A stretch of 46,642 bases of DNA, from the IMG/VR virus record IMGVR_UViG_3300037722_000136, positions 1 to 46,642 of that record, one strand, 5' to 3'. This DNA is from a virus (lineage: Duplodnaviria; Caudoviricetes). A program made the position numbers and the translations under genes. Positions 8,972 to 17,406 of the stretch are shown piece after piece (the first letter of the stretch is position 1; every line of letters begins with the position of its first letter). Under the pieces are notes generated by a model. It was given only the letters and a program-made list of their open reading frames with translations. It ran no database searches and had not been told where the DNA came from.

Positions 8972-9080
8972 CGGTGATTTGCCCGACAGTCGAAGCGTGG
9001 GGTGATACCGCGTAGTCCTCCCAAGTCTTATCTTGCGGGCTCCCGACCATTTTTTGAAACAGGACTATCATCGCGGTCAT
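8835..9080 (-). CDS. Hypothetical protein
   Basis: ATG immediately after the polymerase stop. Confidence 0.4.
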   Translation of the reverse strand: MTAMIVLFQKMVGSPQDKTWEDYAVSPHASTVGQITDDMVRTRTQGTFRAVEYDPIACRVTIHTFAVREERKLVAVSLDTV

Positions 9081-9082
9081 CC

Positions 9083-11269
9083 TTATCCGGGTTTCTTATA
9101 GGTCTTCGAGATGATACCCTCGGCTCCGAGGGAACAGTCGGGTGCCCACGCCGGACGCTCAGATAGGGCTTTGATTGATGCGTCGAGTGCGGCCGGTCCC
9201 TGTTCTTCAGGTACAACCGCGATGATTTCGTCGTGACAGTGGTGGGCTACGTGGTATCCCCACGATTCCATACGCTCGATCCCCATCCACAGTATGTGCC
9301 GGCTCATGGCTTGTACTATGTTCTCCGTAAGCGATCCGCCCCATGTATGTTCCCACGTCCGATCTAAGGCGTTGTAAATCTGAGCGGACTCGCCGCCAAA
9401 CCGACCTTCACCCATTCGCACCTTGAGGTATTTAAGTTCGTGCCCGGACGGTAACGTAATAATGACATCGCAATCGTCGGTGCTGTCAAACCGCAGGCCC
9501 CGAGCCATTTCACACGGAAGTTTATACTTGAAGGTGTAAATAAACGCACGTTCTACATCCTTCCAGAACTTCACGATCGCGTGGTTTTCTTCGCGGTAGG
9601 TCTTAATCAGGCGTTCGGCAGTAGGAAGATCGATTGCCCCCTCGGCGTAGTCTACCGCCTTCGCGGGGCCCATGCCGTACCCTCCCCCAAGTACGCCAAC
9701 TTTTCCGATACTGTTTCGTGCCCACGCCATCTTCGCCTCGATCGCCGGGATACCACCCTTGCGTGGTTTGCGGCACGGATACCCAAGCACCTTCTCTGCG
9801 AAACCGCAGTAGAGTTCTTCGCCCGCTTCAAATTTAGCGACGAGGTCCCATTGCCCGGCGATCCACGCAAGAACCCGGGGTTCGATCTGGGCCGCGTCGG
9901 TGATGATTAGTACCTCGCCGGGCGGGGCAACGATAACTTCTCGGATCGCCTGCACAAGGTCATGGCTCTTGCGACCTCCGAGGTTCTGTAGGTTGATACG
10001 TTCTCCGCCCGACCAGCGTAGAGTATGGGCACCGCCGTATCGCAGCGGTACCGGAAGCACCCCGTCGTTCGCCCGCGATTGTGATACGATACGCTTCACT
10101 CGCTTTATGTGGTTAGGCCATGATCCGACTGCCACCTTCGCCGCCATGATCTTACGTACAGTTTCGTCCGGGTGCTTTACAAGTTCATCACGTTCGGGGT
10201 CGTCTTTTGCCGTCGCCATCTTTACGCCCGCTTTGTTCTTCGCGGGTTTCCAATAACGCCTCGAGTCATCGCCGGCCGCTTCGATAGCTTGACACAACAC
10301 GGGCTCGAAAGCCGCCCCGCGAAACTCGGTCAAGGTCATCCCTGTACCGGATTCCGCAATCACCTTATCCATTTCCGCTTGCATTGCCGTAGCGAGTTCT
10401 CCGGCCCGAGAATAGGCTACCCGCAACACCGGCTTCGTAAACAGTTCAAGGGTATGTTTGATCGCATAGAGTTCGGTCTTCGGGGCACTCAACTTCGGCA
10501 ACATGAGCGTAAACAATTCCCACTGACGCATCACGTCATTGTTCGCGTACTCACCGAGTTCTACCCGCTGGTCGTCGGTCATCACCGGCAATTGAACAGG
10601 CATCTTCGGCCCCTTCTTCCGGGACTTAGGTTTGTAGAACCGCTGCCGGTTCGTCCAGTTCTTGAACTTCTTCGTGTCGCCCTTCGGGGGCAAGCCGAAC
10701 CGCTTAGTGAGTGTGGCGAGGTCGTTCTTGTCGCGGGAATTCCAGTGCCGTGCGAGCCCAATCAGGTCGATAGGGTGAGCGGGGTATATCCCATACCGAA
10801 ACGCAAGAATTGAAAAGTCGAAGGTCGCGTTGTGTGCGACGACCGAACACCCGTCCAGCGATTGTCCGTAGGTGTTCTGTAGGTGATCCAGAACCATCTT
10901 CGTCCCGGTTTCGCCGTCCCACCAATGGGTAGTCTGTGTGTAATCAGGGAAGGATTGCGACACTTCGAGGACCGACGTGCCCAAAACCTCGAACCGTTTG
11001 TCCATGACGTATTCAATCGTAGACGACTTCTTTATTTCGTAGTCGTCCCCGAAGAATGTTTCAAAGTCAATCATCACAACCGGGAGCGGCCACCCGCAAT
11101 CCTGCAACACCGCCCGCCATTCCGGGCAGTACATCGACCGCATCGGCATCTTATAATGCCCGAAGTCGTGCCATCCCGTGATCGTACATGGGCGGGGTGA
11201 TGCGGCCTCCCGGTCCGGTAGTTTCGGGGGTAACTTAGTCTTCGCTTTGATAATGGTCTTCGACATCAT
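9083..11269 (-). CDS. polA: Family A DNA polymerase with 3'-5' exonuclease
   Basis: Exo I DFET, Exo II AHNATFD, Exo III YANND; T.RWSG, NLQNL; motif A DAAQIEPR; motif B R...GK...LGGGYG; ENIVQA; motif C HDEII. Frame is open to 11392; ATG 11269 preferred. Confidence 0.95.
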   Translation of the reverse strand: MMSKTIIKAKTKLPPKLPDREAASPRPCTITGWHDFGHYKMPMRSMYCPEWRAVLQDCGWPLPVVMIDFETFFGDDYEIKKSSTIEYVMDKRFEVLGTSVLEVSQSFPDYTQTTHWWDGETGTKMVLDHLQNTYGQSLDGCSVVAHNATFDFSILAFRYGIYPAHPIDLIGLARHWNSRDKNDLATLTKRFGLPPKGDTKKFKNWTNRQRFYKPKSRKKGPKMPVQLPVMTDDQRVELGEYANNDVMRQWELFTLMLPKLSAPKTELYAIKHTLELFTKPVLRVAYSRAGELATAMQAEMDKVIAESGTGMTLTEFRGAAFEPVLCQAIEAAGDDSRRYWKPAKNKAGVKMATAKDDPERDELVKHPDETVRKIMAAKVAVGSWPNHIKRVKRIVSQSRANDGVLPVPLRYGGAHTLRWSGGERINLQNLGGRKSHDLVQAIREVIVAPPGEVLIITDAAQIEPRVLAWIAGQWDLVAKFEAGEELYCGFAEKVLGYPCRKPRKGGIPAIEAKMAWARNSIGKVGVLGGGYGMGPAKAVDYAEGAIDLPTAERLIKTYREENHAIVKFWKDVERAFIYTFKYKLPCEMARGLRFDSTDDCDVIITLPSGHELKYLKVRMGEGRFGGESAQIYNALDRTWEHTWGGSLTENIVQAMSRHILWMGIERMESWGYHVAHHCHDEIIAVVPEEQGPAALDASIKALSERPAWAPDCSLGAEGIISKTYKKPG

Positions 11270-11642
11270 GTGTTTGTGGACGGCCGGCCTGATCCCGGGC
11301 TTTGATACTGAGCGGACCTTTGAGACCGATATACCCCCACATTCTCTTACCGGCGTATTCCCGTCGAACTCGGTGGGCTTCCCGGTCATCATCGAGATGC
11401 GGATAGACCCGGCACAGTGCAGCCCCGAACTGCCGGGGCGTCAATTCCACGGCATCGCTGTATTCATCCGTGAACCGAACCCGGTATTCCCTGTATAGTT
11501 GATACAAGATACGGGTCGGTACGAAATCCGTGATTGACGCCCCGTTATCAAGATGAACATAGTCCGACAGGGCTCGCTGTACTTCCTGTTCTTCCGGGGT
11601 TAGGTCGTCTTCAGGCCGTCGTCTTTTCTTCAGGTAGTACAT
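11235..11642 (-). CDS. Stand-alone winged-helix DNA-binding protein resembling D5-helicase C-terminal/RFX-like domains
   Basis: FVPTRILYQLYREY...LTPRQFGAAL..VYP...RR...GKRMWGYIGLK. Confidence 0.55.
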   Translation of the reverse strand: MYYLKKRRRPEDDLTPEEQEVQRALSDYVHLDNGASITDFVPTRILYQLYREYRVRFTDEYSDAVELTPRQFGAALCRVYPHLDDDREAHRVRREYAGKRMWGYIGLKGPLSIKARDQAGRPQTHDVEDHYQSED

Positions 11643-12225
11643 CGCCCCGCCCCATCTGCTTCCGCTCGAACGCTTCGTCCGCTTCCCGTGCTTTCTTCTT
11701 AGCGTATTCCCTAGTCACCAAATGATACCCTGTGGAATCGCTGCCGAACGGGGTGAAATCCTTCGGGTCAAAGGCGAGGAATTGCAGATTTACGATACTC
11801 GCGTCCAGAGAACTCGGATTGCCTAGGACCGCCCGGTAATACTGAAGAACCGCGTGGCCTACGTAACAACAGATTAGATCGCCGAAAGACGACACAGAAA
11901 ATCGCGGGATCGAACCGTCCTGTTTATACTTCACCGTGCGAGGGAGCGGACTGTCTCCGTGCACGGCAAACGACGGGCTTACAGTCTGGACGTATCGATC
12001 AAGAACCGACTGAAGGCTACCGTCGCACTTATCCCGCAGTTGGATAATCAATCCCTTAAGCACAGTCGCTTTTTGGGATAGGGTTTGTTCCATAGGAGTA
12101 TGTGATGACGATGTCGCGGGAAGGGGCTCGGAGATTGGCGTTGGCGATGTGCCGGAAGTCGTTGAGATGGATGAACCACTTACGGGGACACTGGCCGGAA
12201 TCTTCGGTGGTTTGTTGTGTTGCAT
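11611..12225 (-). CDS. Hypothetical protein with Ser/Pro/Thr-rich N-terminus
   Basis: Long ORF packed in the operon; no motif recognised. Confidence 0.55.
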   Translation of the reverse strand: MQHNKPPKIPASVPVSGSSISTTSGTSPTPISEPLPATSSSHTPMEQTLSQKATVLKGLIIQLRDKCDGSLQSVLDRYVQTVSPSFAVHGDSPLPRTVKYKQDGSIPRFSVSSFGDLICCYVGHAVLQYYRAVLGNPSSLDASIVNLQFLAFDPKDFTPFGSDSTGYHLVTREYAKKKAREADEAFERKQMGRGDVLPEEKTTA

Positions 12226-12228
12226 TAG

Positions 12229-12480
12229 TTACCCCTGCTTTGGAAAAGAACCGCCATCCGCGATGGTGAGGGTGCCTGTTAAAACGATACCTGTGTTATT
12301 CCACCGTACCCCGGCTTCTCCGAGAGTGGCGTAGAATCTGTTCACAATTTCTCGATTGGGGCCATTCCCGTTTACATTACCCATCACCCGGAACAGTACC
12401 TCCGCCTCCCGTTCGGACATTTCAATCGTCACACGCTTCGGGGGTTCGGGTTGCGGGATCGATGTTACGGTCACTTTCAT
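12229..12480 (-). CDS. Hypothetical protein
   Basis: ATG 12480 preceded by AAGGAGACTC. Confidence 0.55.
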   Translation of the reverse strand: MKVTVTSIPQPEPPKRVTIEMSEREAEVLFRVMGNVNGNGPNREIVNRFYATLGEAGVRWNNTGIVLTGTLTIADGGSFPKQG

Positions 12481-12664
12481 TTGAGTCTCCTTGTTCAAAT
12501 TTGTATTCGCGGTGTAGACGCCGGCAGACAATGCAGCCAGAAAACGGCGTCTGCGTCGGATTATACGAGCGATGTGTTTCGCATCGTCCAAAGACCAGAT
12601 CGAAGTTATCACGATATTGCTCCGGGTTTGCGATCGGGCGGGGTGTATCACCTTTGCCAGACAT
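12422..12664 (-). CDS. Small conserved phage protein (GKG..PRP...Y..N.D..FG type)
   Basis: MSGKGDTPRPIANPEQYRDNFDLVFG; start abuts the upstream stop. Confidence 0.5.
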   Translation of the reverse strand: MSGKGDTPRPIANPEQYRDNFDLVFGRCETHRSYNPTQTPFSGCIVCRRLHREYKFEQGDSNESDRNIDPATRTPEACDD

Positions 12665-12930
12665 TACGACATAGCCCACCCGACAGAATGCCTTGTTCGT
12701 GTCGGTTCAGGTTCTTCACCCCGGGCCAACGCTTGCTTTACTTTACGGCGTTCCGCACCCCACCAGTCTTCGCAGTGGGTACGCAGCCGTGAATTACGGC
12801 GGGACCGGACCTTCCACCATTGGAATTTATCCCATTCCGAATCCTTTACGGGATCGCGGGTATAGCCCCAACCGGAAGTTGGCCACTCTAGTTTGCGGTC
12901 CTTGTGGGTGCGACTCATTTTCAACCTCAT
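12664..12930 (-). CDS. Small basic Trp-rich hypothetical protein
   Basis: MSRTHKD... pattern; coupled start and stop codons. Confidence 0.5.
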   Translation of the reverse strand: MRLKMSRTHKDRKLEWPTSGWGYTRDPVKDSEWDKFQWWKVRSRRNSRLRTHCEDWWGAERRKVKQALARGEEPEPTRTRHSVGWAMS

Positions 12931-13853
12931 CAGAACGGAATGTCGGCTTCAGTGATCGGAGTCCGTGATTTCACCGCCGCAACTTTCCGGGCGGGGGCGA
13001 TAACGAGGTCGGGGCATTCCCGGGCCAACACCGCACGGGCCGCAGTAACCACGCTCTGAATCTCGTCCTCGGTGGGGGGCCTGATATCCCCTAGATCGCA
13101 GATCACCCGAGCCGCGAGCCCCAGAGGGGTTAACCCCTTCTCAGTCGAGAAACGAGGGGACTTGAAATCGACCCCCTTCACATTGATCTGAGGACCGATA
13201 ACCTTCGGGGGCAGTTTCTTGATCGACGGCGGGGCGGACTTCTTCGCCTTCGGCGGCGTTGTTGGTGCCGGTGCAGACGGGGGCATGGCCCGTGGCGGCA
13301 CCTTCGGTGGCCCGGACTTAGGGGCAGAGGGGGCGGCGTGTGCCGGCGTCGTCTCAGCCAGTGCGGGGGCCGCAGATGTGTTAGATGCCCCGCCATACGC
13401 CGTCACCGCCCAACCCCCCCATGCTTCCTTGCAATCCGCCATTTTGGCGTGAGTGCCGAACGAAGGTTCGTCTTGGATCGCCCAATTGCCGTCCCGCACC
13501 ATGATCGCTTCGAGTTTACCCGCCCCTTTGCCATAGCTGAGAGTGTATGATCCGTCGTCGTTTCGTTTATTGCGAACTTTGAAGTATGTCATGTCCGAGG
13601 TCTCTACAAGAATCAGGTGATCGGGAATTGTGTCGGCGATGAAATCCAGAGGGATGAGCCCCAATCCGGGGCGGGCTTCCTCGGCTTCTTCGACTGTGCC
13701 CCACCCCATGATCGTGCCGCCCGGGTGCTTCAGCCAAGGGCACTGGATTCCGGGGGTTGGGACACGTAGGCCGATCATGGTGTAAAGAATACCACACAAC
13801 CGGACGAAGTCAAGCTGCGATTTCCTTATTTCTCGGGAGTGCCTAGGCAGCAA
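12930..13853 (-). CDS. Hypothetical protein with Pro/Ala/Lys linker and C-terminal DIPF (start uncertain)
   Basis: Long ORF; ends EADIPF, like SSB acidic tails. Confidence 0.55.
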   Translation of the reverse strand: MLPRHSREIRKSQLDFVRLCGILYTMIGLRVPTPGIQCPWLKHPGGTIMGWGTVEEAEEARPGLGLIPLDFIADTIPDHLILVETSDMTYFKVRNKRNDDGSYTLSYGKGAGKLEAIMVRDGNWAIQDEPSFGTHAKMADCKEAWGGWAVTAYGGASNTSAAPALAETTPAHAAPSAPKSGPPKVPPRAMPPSAPAPTTPPKAKKSAPPSIKKLPPKVIGPQINVKGVDFKSPRFSTEKGLTPLGLAARVICDLGDIRPPTEDEIQSVVTAARAVLARECPDLVIAPARKVAAVKSRTPITEADIPF

Positions 13854-14139
13854 TAGTCCGGTAAGTCACCCGTCGTTTCATCCGCCCCGCCCACAGTTCG
13901 ATCAGCCTCCAATCCGTATCCGACCGATCACGCTCCGCGACATGTCGCAGCACGTAGCGGACAACATCCCTGATGTGCTTCCAAGCGAGACGACGGGCTG
14001 CGTGATTATGCTGCCTCGGTTCGTCCAACACAACAAGGGCGTGCTTAAGGTCATCTGTACACACGGGACAAAGACGGGGTCGTCCATCCTTACGGGGTTT
14101 CTTGGTTCCGGGGCATCGTGAATAAGTATACGGTTTCAT
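13843..14139 (-). CDS. Basic hypothetical protein with C..CPVC
   Basis: ATGA coupling with the upstream gene. Confidence 0.5.
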   Translation of the reverse strand: MKPYTYSRCPGTKKPRKDGRPRLCPVCTDDLKHALVVLDEPRQHNHAARRLAWKHIRDVVRYVLRHVAERDRSDTDWRLIELWAGRMKRRVTYRTIAA

Positions 14140-14399
14140 TCGCGGTCTCCCGCATCATCCTCTTCACCCATGCCGTCTTCGATGTCGTCTTCGATGTCGT
14201 CTTCGATGTCGTCATCGAAATCATCGTCCTCAAGATCGAAATCGTCTTCGATGTCGTCATCGAAATCATCGTCCTCAAGATCGAAATCGTCTTCGATGTC
14301 GTCATCGAAATCAGTGTCGTCGAGCAATTCCCCCAGATCAAATTCGGGGTCACGAACAAGACCTTCGCGGTCGTCGATATCACTGTATTGCATTATCAT
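14136..14399 (-). CDS. Hyper-acidic small protein (50 of 87 residues D/E), candidate nucleic-acid mimic
   Basis: Translation; 45-nt and 12-nt tandem repeats; coupled at both ends by ATGA overlaps. Confidence 0.7.
   Translation of the reverse strand: MIMQYSDIDDREGLVRDPEFDLGELLDDTDFDDDIEDDFDLEDDDFDDDIEDDFDLEDDDFDDDIEDDIEDDIEDGMGEEDDAGDRE
14174..14313. repeat. Coding tandem repeats: 45-nt unit x~2.5 and 12-nt unit x3
   Basis: Unit cgtcttcgatgtcgtcatcgaaatcatcgtcctcaagatcgaaat encodes a 15-aa repeat (DDFDLEDDDFDDDIE). Confidence 0.9.
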
Positions 14400-14605
14400 T
14401 TGGTCCCCCGGTTGTTTGGGTTAAAGTCACCCCGATGAATTTTATCTAGCAGCATTATCGCCGCATCACGTTCTGTCTTTCCGCGAACCTGTCTGTCTCC
14501 GAGTCGGCCGACCCACCACCCCCCAGCCTCAAACAGCCGCCCGCCCCGCTGTTCAACTTCCCTGATCGGATTCGGTTTCGTCTTCACCTTCGGCGGGTTC
14601 TGCAT
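14396..14605 (-). CDS. Hypothetical protein
   Basis: ATG 14605 with AAGGAG SD. Confidence 0.55.
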   Translation of the reverse strand: MQNPPKVKTKPNPIREVEQRGGRLFEAGGWWVGRLGDRQVRGKTERDAAIMLLDKIHRGDFNPNNRGTK

Positions 14606-14846
14606 TCTGCCGCTCCTTATAGGTCCGGTACACCTGATTCCACCCCAACCACATACAGTGAAACAATATGTTGAACCCGGGGTGCCCCGTCTGTTTAACA
14701 CCTTGGGACAGCACATGAAGCTGGTTCACCATCATATCGATGGTGGTTTCGATGCCGAATGCCAGCATTAGATCGACGGCTTCGGTTTCAGCGTGTTCTT
14801 CATCCCGCAGTAGGCTCAGGTCTTCGTAATCGAACTCATGGTTCAT
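14553..14846 (-). CDS. Hypothetical acidic protein
   Basis: ATG 14846 lies one base after the upstream stop. Confidence 0.55.
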   Translation of the reverse strand: MNHEFDYEDLSLLRDEEHAETEAVDLMLAFGIETTIDMMVNQLHVLSQGVKQTGHPGFNILFHCMWLGWNQVYRTYKERQNAEPAEGEDETESDQGS

Positions 14847-14847
14847 C

Positions 14848-15636
14848 TTATGCCCCACACAATTCATCGACCCAATCCGCACCGGGCGATCCGAGATCAC
14901 GGAGAATTTCTTCGCCAATATTCGCTGCTTCGATCAGGACTTTGTCTGCTTCCGCCGCCCCTGCCGCCCCTGCCGCCCGTGCCGCCGCCCCTGCCGCCTC
15001 TGCCGCCTCTGCCGCCTCTGCAACCCATGCCGCCCCTGCCGCCTCTGCCGCCGCTCGTGCCGCATACCCTGCCGCCCCTGCCGCCTCTGCCGCCGCTCGT
15101 GCCGCATACCCTGCCGCCCCTGCCGCCCCTGCCGCCCCTGCCGCCCCTGTCGCTCGTGCCGCCCATGCCGCCCATGCCGCATCTGCCGCCGCTCGTGCCG
15201 CCCCTGCCGCCGCCTCTGTCCCTTCAACCCGGCATCGTTCAGCCGCAGATTCGAGCGAGTTTTTATGAGATGGGATCAGAGCCGCAACCGCAAACAGGGC
15301 CATTGGAATAATGCGGCGGATGGTTTGTTCAATCAATCGGTTTACACTCTCCGTTGGATCGACCGTACCAGCAGACCCAAGCTGTGCAATCGCAATACGA
15401 CGAAGCCCGGAGGCACGAGCCCCATTCGAGGACCACGGCCCATCGTTGATCCTGATCTTATAGGCACGCCAAACCGGATCGACGCACGGCGGATCATCCC
15501 CGTGGGGCAGACCCAACGCGAAGCACACCGCCGCCTCAACGCACATTTCCCCCGGTACGGGGTTCCCTTTGCCGCGACACAGCCCGGCATCCACAGTTTC
15601 CAGCACTTTTCTTGCATGATCGATTGTAATCAACAT
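14848..15636 (-). CDS. Ala-rich repeat protein 1 (globular GLC.G.G.P.PG.MCVEAAVC N-domain + AAX repeats)
   Basis: Own promoter and AAGGAGACC SD; AAX repeat block ~14950-15220. Confidence 0.8.
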   Translation of the reverse strand: MLITIDHARKVLETVDAGLCRGKGNPVPGEMCVEAAVCFALGLPHGDDPPCVDPVWRAYKIRINDGPWSSNGARASGLRRIAIAQLGSAGTVDPTESVNRLIEQTIRRIIPMALFAVAALIPSHKNSLESAAERCRVEGTEAAAGAARAAADAAWAAWAARATGAAGAAGAAGAAGYAARAAAEAAGAAGYAARAAAEAAGAAWVAEAAEAAEAAGAAARAAGAAGAAEADKVLIEAANIGEEILRDLGSPGADWVDELCGA

Positions 15637-15661
15637 CGTGATAGGTCTCCTTATTACGTAA

Positions 15662-15689
15662 AGTTTACCCCGCGTCGGAGAGAAGTCAA
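15662..15689 (-). promoter_or_regulatory. Sigma70-type promoter TTGACT-N16-TAAACT
   Basis: Follows a terminator and precedes the SD of 14848..15636. Confidence 0.7.
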
Positions 15690-15690
15690 G

Positions 15691-15723
15691 AAAAATCCCC
15701 GGACGAAATCAATCGACCGGGGA
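15691..15723 (-). terminator. Intrinsic terminator
   Basis: TCCCCGG...CCGGGGA stem followed by TTTTT on the minus strand, just after the stop at 15730. Confidence 0.7.
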
Positions 15724-15729
15724 CGGTTA

Positions 15730-16017
15730 TCAGTCACTATTGGGGTCGATCTGTCGGATGGAGATCACCGTGCCCGGTGCCATGCGGGTAAACGGGGAAT
15801 ATGATATAATGGAATCCAAATCCGTATAGACATATTCACCGCTAAGCAACGCAAGCCCGGACTTAGTCCCGTCCGACAGCAAGATGTCCCCGCCGTCATT
15901 CTGAAACAGGCCCGATGGTCGGTCATATTCAGAACCCCTCATATCACGCAGCATATCCGCCGTGATAGCGTCACCGGGGGTAGAATCTTCAAACGATGTT
16001 TCTACTTGCAAGTTCAT
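15730..16017 (-). CDS. Hypothetical protein
   Basis: GAGGAG SD; ATGA coupling. Confidence 0.65.
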   Translation of the reverse strand: MNLQVETSFEDSTPGDAITADMLRDMRGSEYDRPSGLFQNDGGDILLSDGTKSGLALLSGEYVYTDLDSIISYSPFTRMAPGTVISIRQIDPNSD

Positions 16018-16460
16018 GCTTTCTCCTCGTTAAAGGGTGAATTGTAGGCATTGGCCCATGCCGGGGCAATGGCACGCTTGTAATCGGACAGTGCCGGGGC
16101 AGTGACACGCTTGTACTCGTCCCATGCCGGGGCAGTGACACGCTTGTACTCGTCCCATGTCAGGGCAGTGACACGCTTGTATTCGGCCAGTGCCGGGACA
16201 ATGGCACGCTTGTACTCGTCCCATGCCGGGGCAGTGACACGCTTGTATTCGGCCAGTGCCGGGACAATGGCACGCTTGTAATCGGACAGTGCCGGGACAG
16301 TAAGCAGATTAGAAGCGGCCCAGCCCCAGTTCCATTCATCCGCATGTGTCTGGCACAACTCTGGGGTCACATCTACAGCGTCCCCGAACACACGCTTTAA
16401 CCTCTTACGAGCAGATGAACAAGCCCCGGCCTCTTTCAATTGTGCCAGTGTAAGTCTCAT
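16014..16460 (-). CDS. Repeat protein with ~7.5 x 11-aa repeats (TAPAWDEYKRV)
   Basis: 33-nt coding tandem repeats ~16055-16301; N-terminal TL.QL...GAC motif. Confidence 0.8.
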   Translation of the reverse strand: MRLTLAQLKEAGACSSARKRLKRVFGDAVDVTPELCQTHADEWNWGWAASNLLTVPALSDYKRAIVPALAEYKRVTAPAWDEYKRAIVPALAEYKRVTALTWDEYKRVTAPAWDEYKRVTAPALSDYKRAIAPAWANAYNSPFNEEKA

Positions 16461-16639
16461 TGTGTCTTCTTTTCGGTTGCCGAGATAAATCGAATCCGAT
16501 CAAACGCGGGGTTCTGGGTGGCGAGGAAGGCGGCGAACGCATCACGCATCGTCGCCCATTGTTCTCTAGCGGGTTCGGGTTCCGGCCGGTGCAAATTCAA
16601 CACGTCGGCGATACCCTGAAAATGTTTACGAGTCATCAT
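16457..16639 (-). CDS. Small phage protein (MTRKHF..IA...NP.FD..RF family)
   Basis: Recognisable pattern; AAGGAGACC SD. Confidence 0.7.
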   Translation of the reverse strand: MMTRKHFQGIADVLNLHRPEPEPAREQWATMRDAFAAFLATQNPAFDRIRFISATEKKTQ

Positions 16640-16666
16640 ATGGTCTCCTTAGTTGAATTGTGATTC

Positions 16667-16712
16667 TCGATCATTCAGTCTCTACTCCGCGGAGTAGAGT
16701 GTGAAGGATCGA
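16667..16712. repeat. 46-nt intergenic hairpin element, copy A
   Basis: TCGATC..TTCA..CTCTACTCC-GC-GGAGTAGAG..TGAA..GATCGA; one mismatch to 17358-17403. Confidence 0.9.
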
Positions 16713-16713
16713 A

Positions 16714-17328
16714 TCACAGGGAATGGAGTATATCTTCAATCTGTGACTCATATTCCGCCCCTGCCGCTGCCCGTGCCGCTGCCTCTGCCGCCGCCCATGC
16801 CGCTGCCTCTGCCGCCCGTGCCGCCTCCCATGCCTCTGCCGCCGCCCCTGCCGCTGCCCGTGCCGCCCGTTCCGCCGCCCATGCCCGTGCCTCTGCCGCC
16901 GCCTCTGCCGCCCCTGCCGCTGCCCGTGCCGCCCGTTCCGCCGCCCATGCCCGTGCCTCTGCCGCCCGTGCCGCCTCCCATGCCCATGTCTCTGCCGCTG
17001 CCCATGCCGCCGCCCGTGCCTTGGTCCCTGCCGCCGCCGAGCGATCTGCACCAGACAACCAACCCGCCGCCCACAGTTCGACACCGGGAATGCCACAGTG
17101 CAGAGCATGGTTTGTGACAATGCGAATCAACGTCTTTTCAATCGCCTTGCCCGCCGCCGCCTCAGGGGTCAATCGCCACATGACCCACGCTCTGTCGCAT
17201 ACAGGAATCGGCAACGTGGCAATCTCGGGGATTGTCAACCCGATCCGTCCCTCAGGGAGCATGGCGGAGTATTCCTCACGCTCCCCGCACGGCCCCAGAG
17301 CCATGATATCGTCGAGTGTGTATTCCAA
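16714..17328 (-). CDS. Ala-rich repeat protein 2 (paralog of 17407..18027)
   Basis: TTG start with GGAGACC SD; AAX repeats; C-terminal EYESQIEDILHSL. Confidence 0.8.
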   Translation of the reverse strand: MEYTLDDIMALGPCGEREEYSAMLPEGRIGLTIPEIATLPIPVCDRAWVMWRLTPEAAAGKAIEKTLIRIVTNHALHCGIPGVELWAAGWLSGADRSAAAGTKARAAAWAAAETWAWEAARAAEARAWAAERAARAAAGAAEAAAEARAWAAERAARAAAGAAAEAWEAARAAEAAAWAAAEAAARAAAGAEYESQIEDILHSL

Positions 17329-17357
17329 GGTAGGTCTCCATTGTCAAAAAGTTAGAA

Positions 17358-17403
17358 TCGATCATTCAGTCTCTACTCCGCAGAGTAGAGTGTGAAGGAT
17401 CGA
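17358..17403. repeat. 46-nt intergenic hairpin element, copy B
   Basis: Near-identical to 16667-16712. Confidence 0.9.
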
Positions 17404-17406
17404 GGG

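Noticed and set aside
16055-16301. 33-nt periodic repeats as a CRISPR array
   Set aside because: No unique spacers; in-frame coding tandem repeat; no cas operon.
16667-17403. 46-nt hairpins as integron attC sites
   Set aside because: No RYYYAAC/GTTRRRY boxes and no integron integrase.
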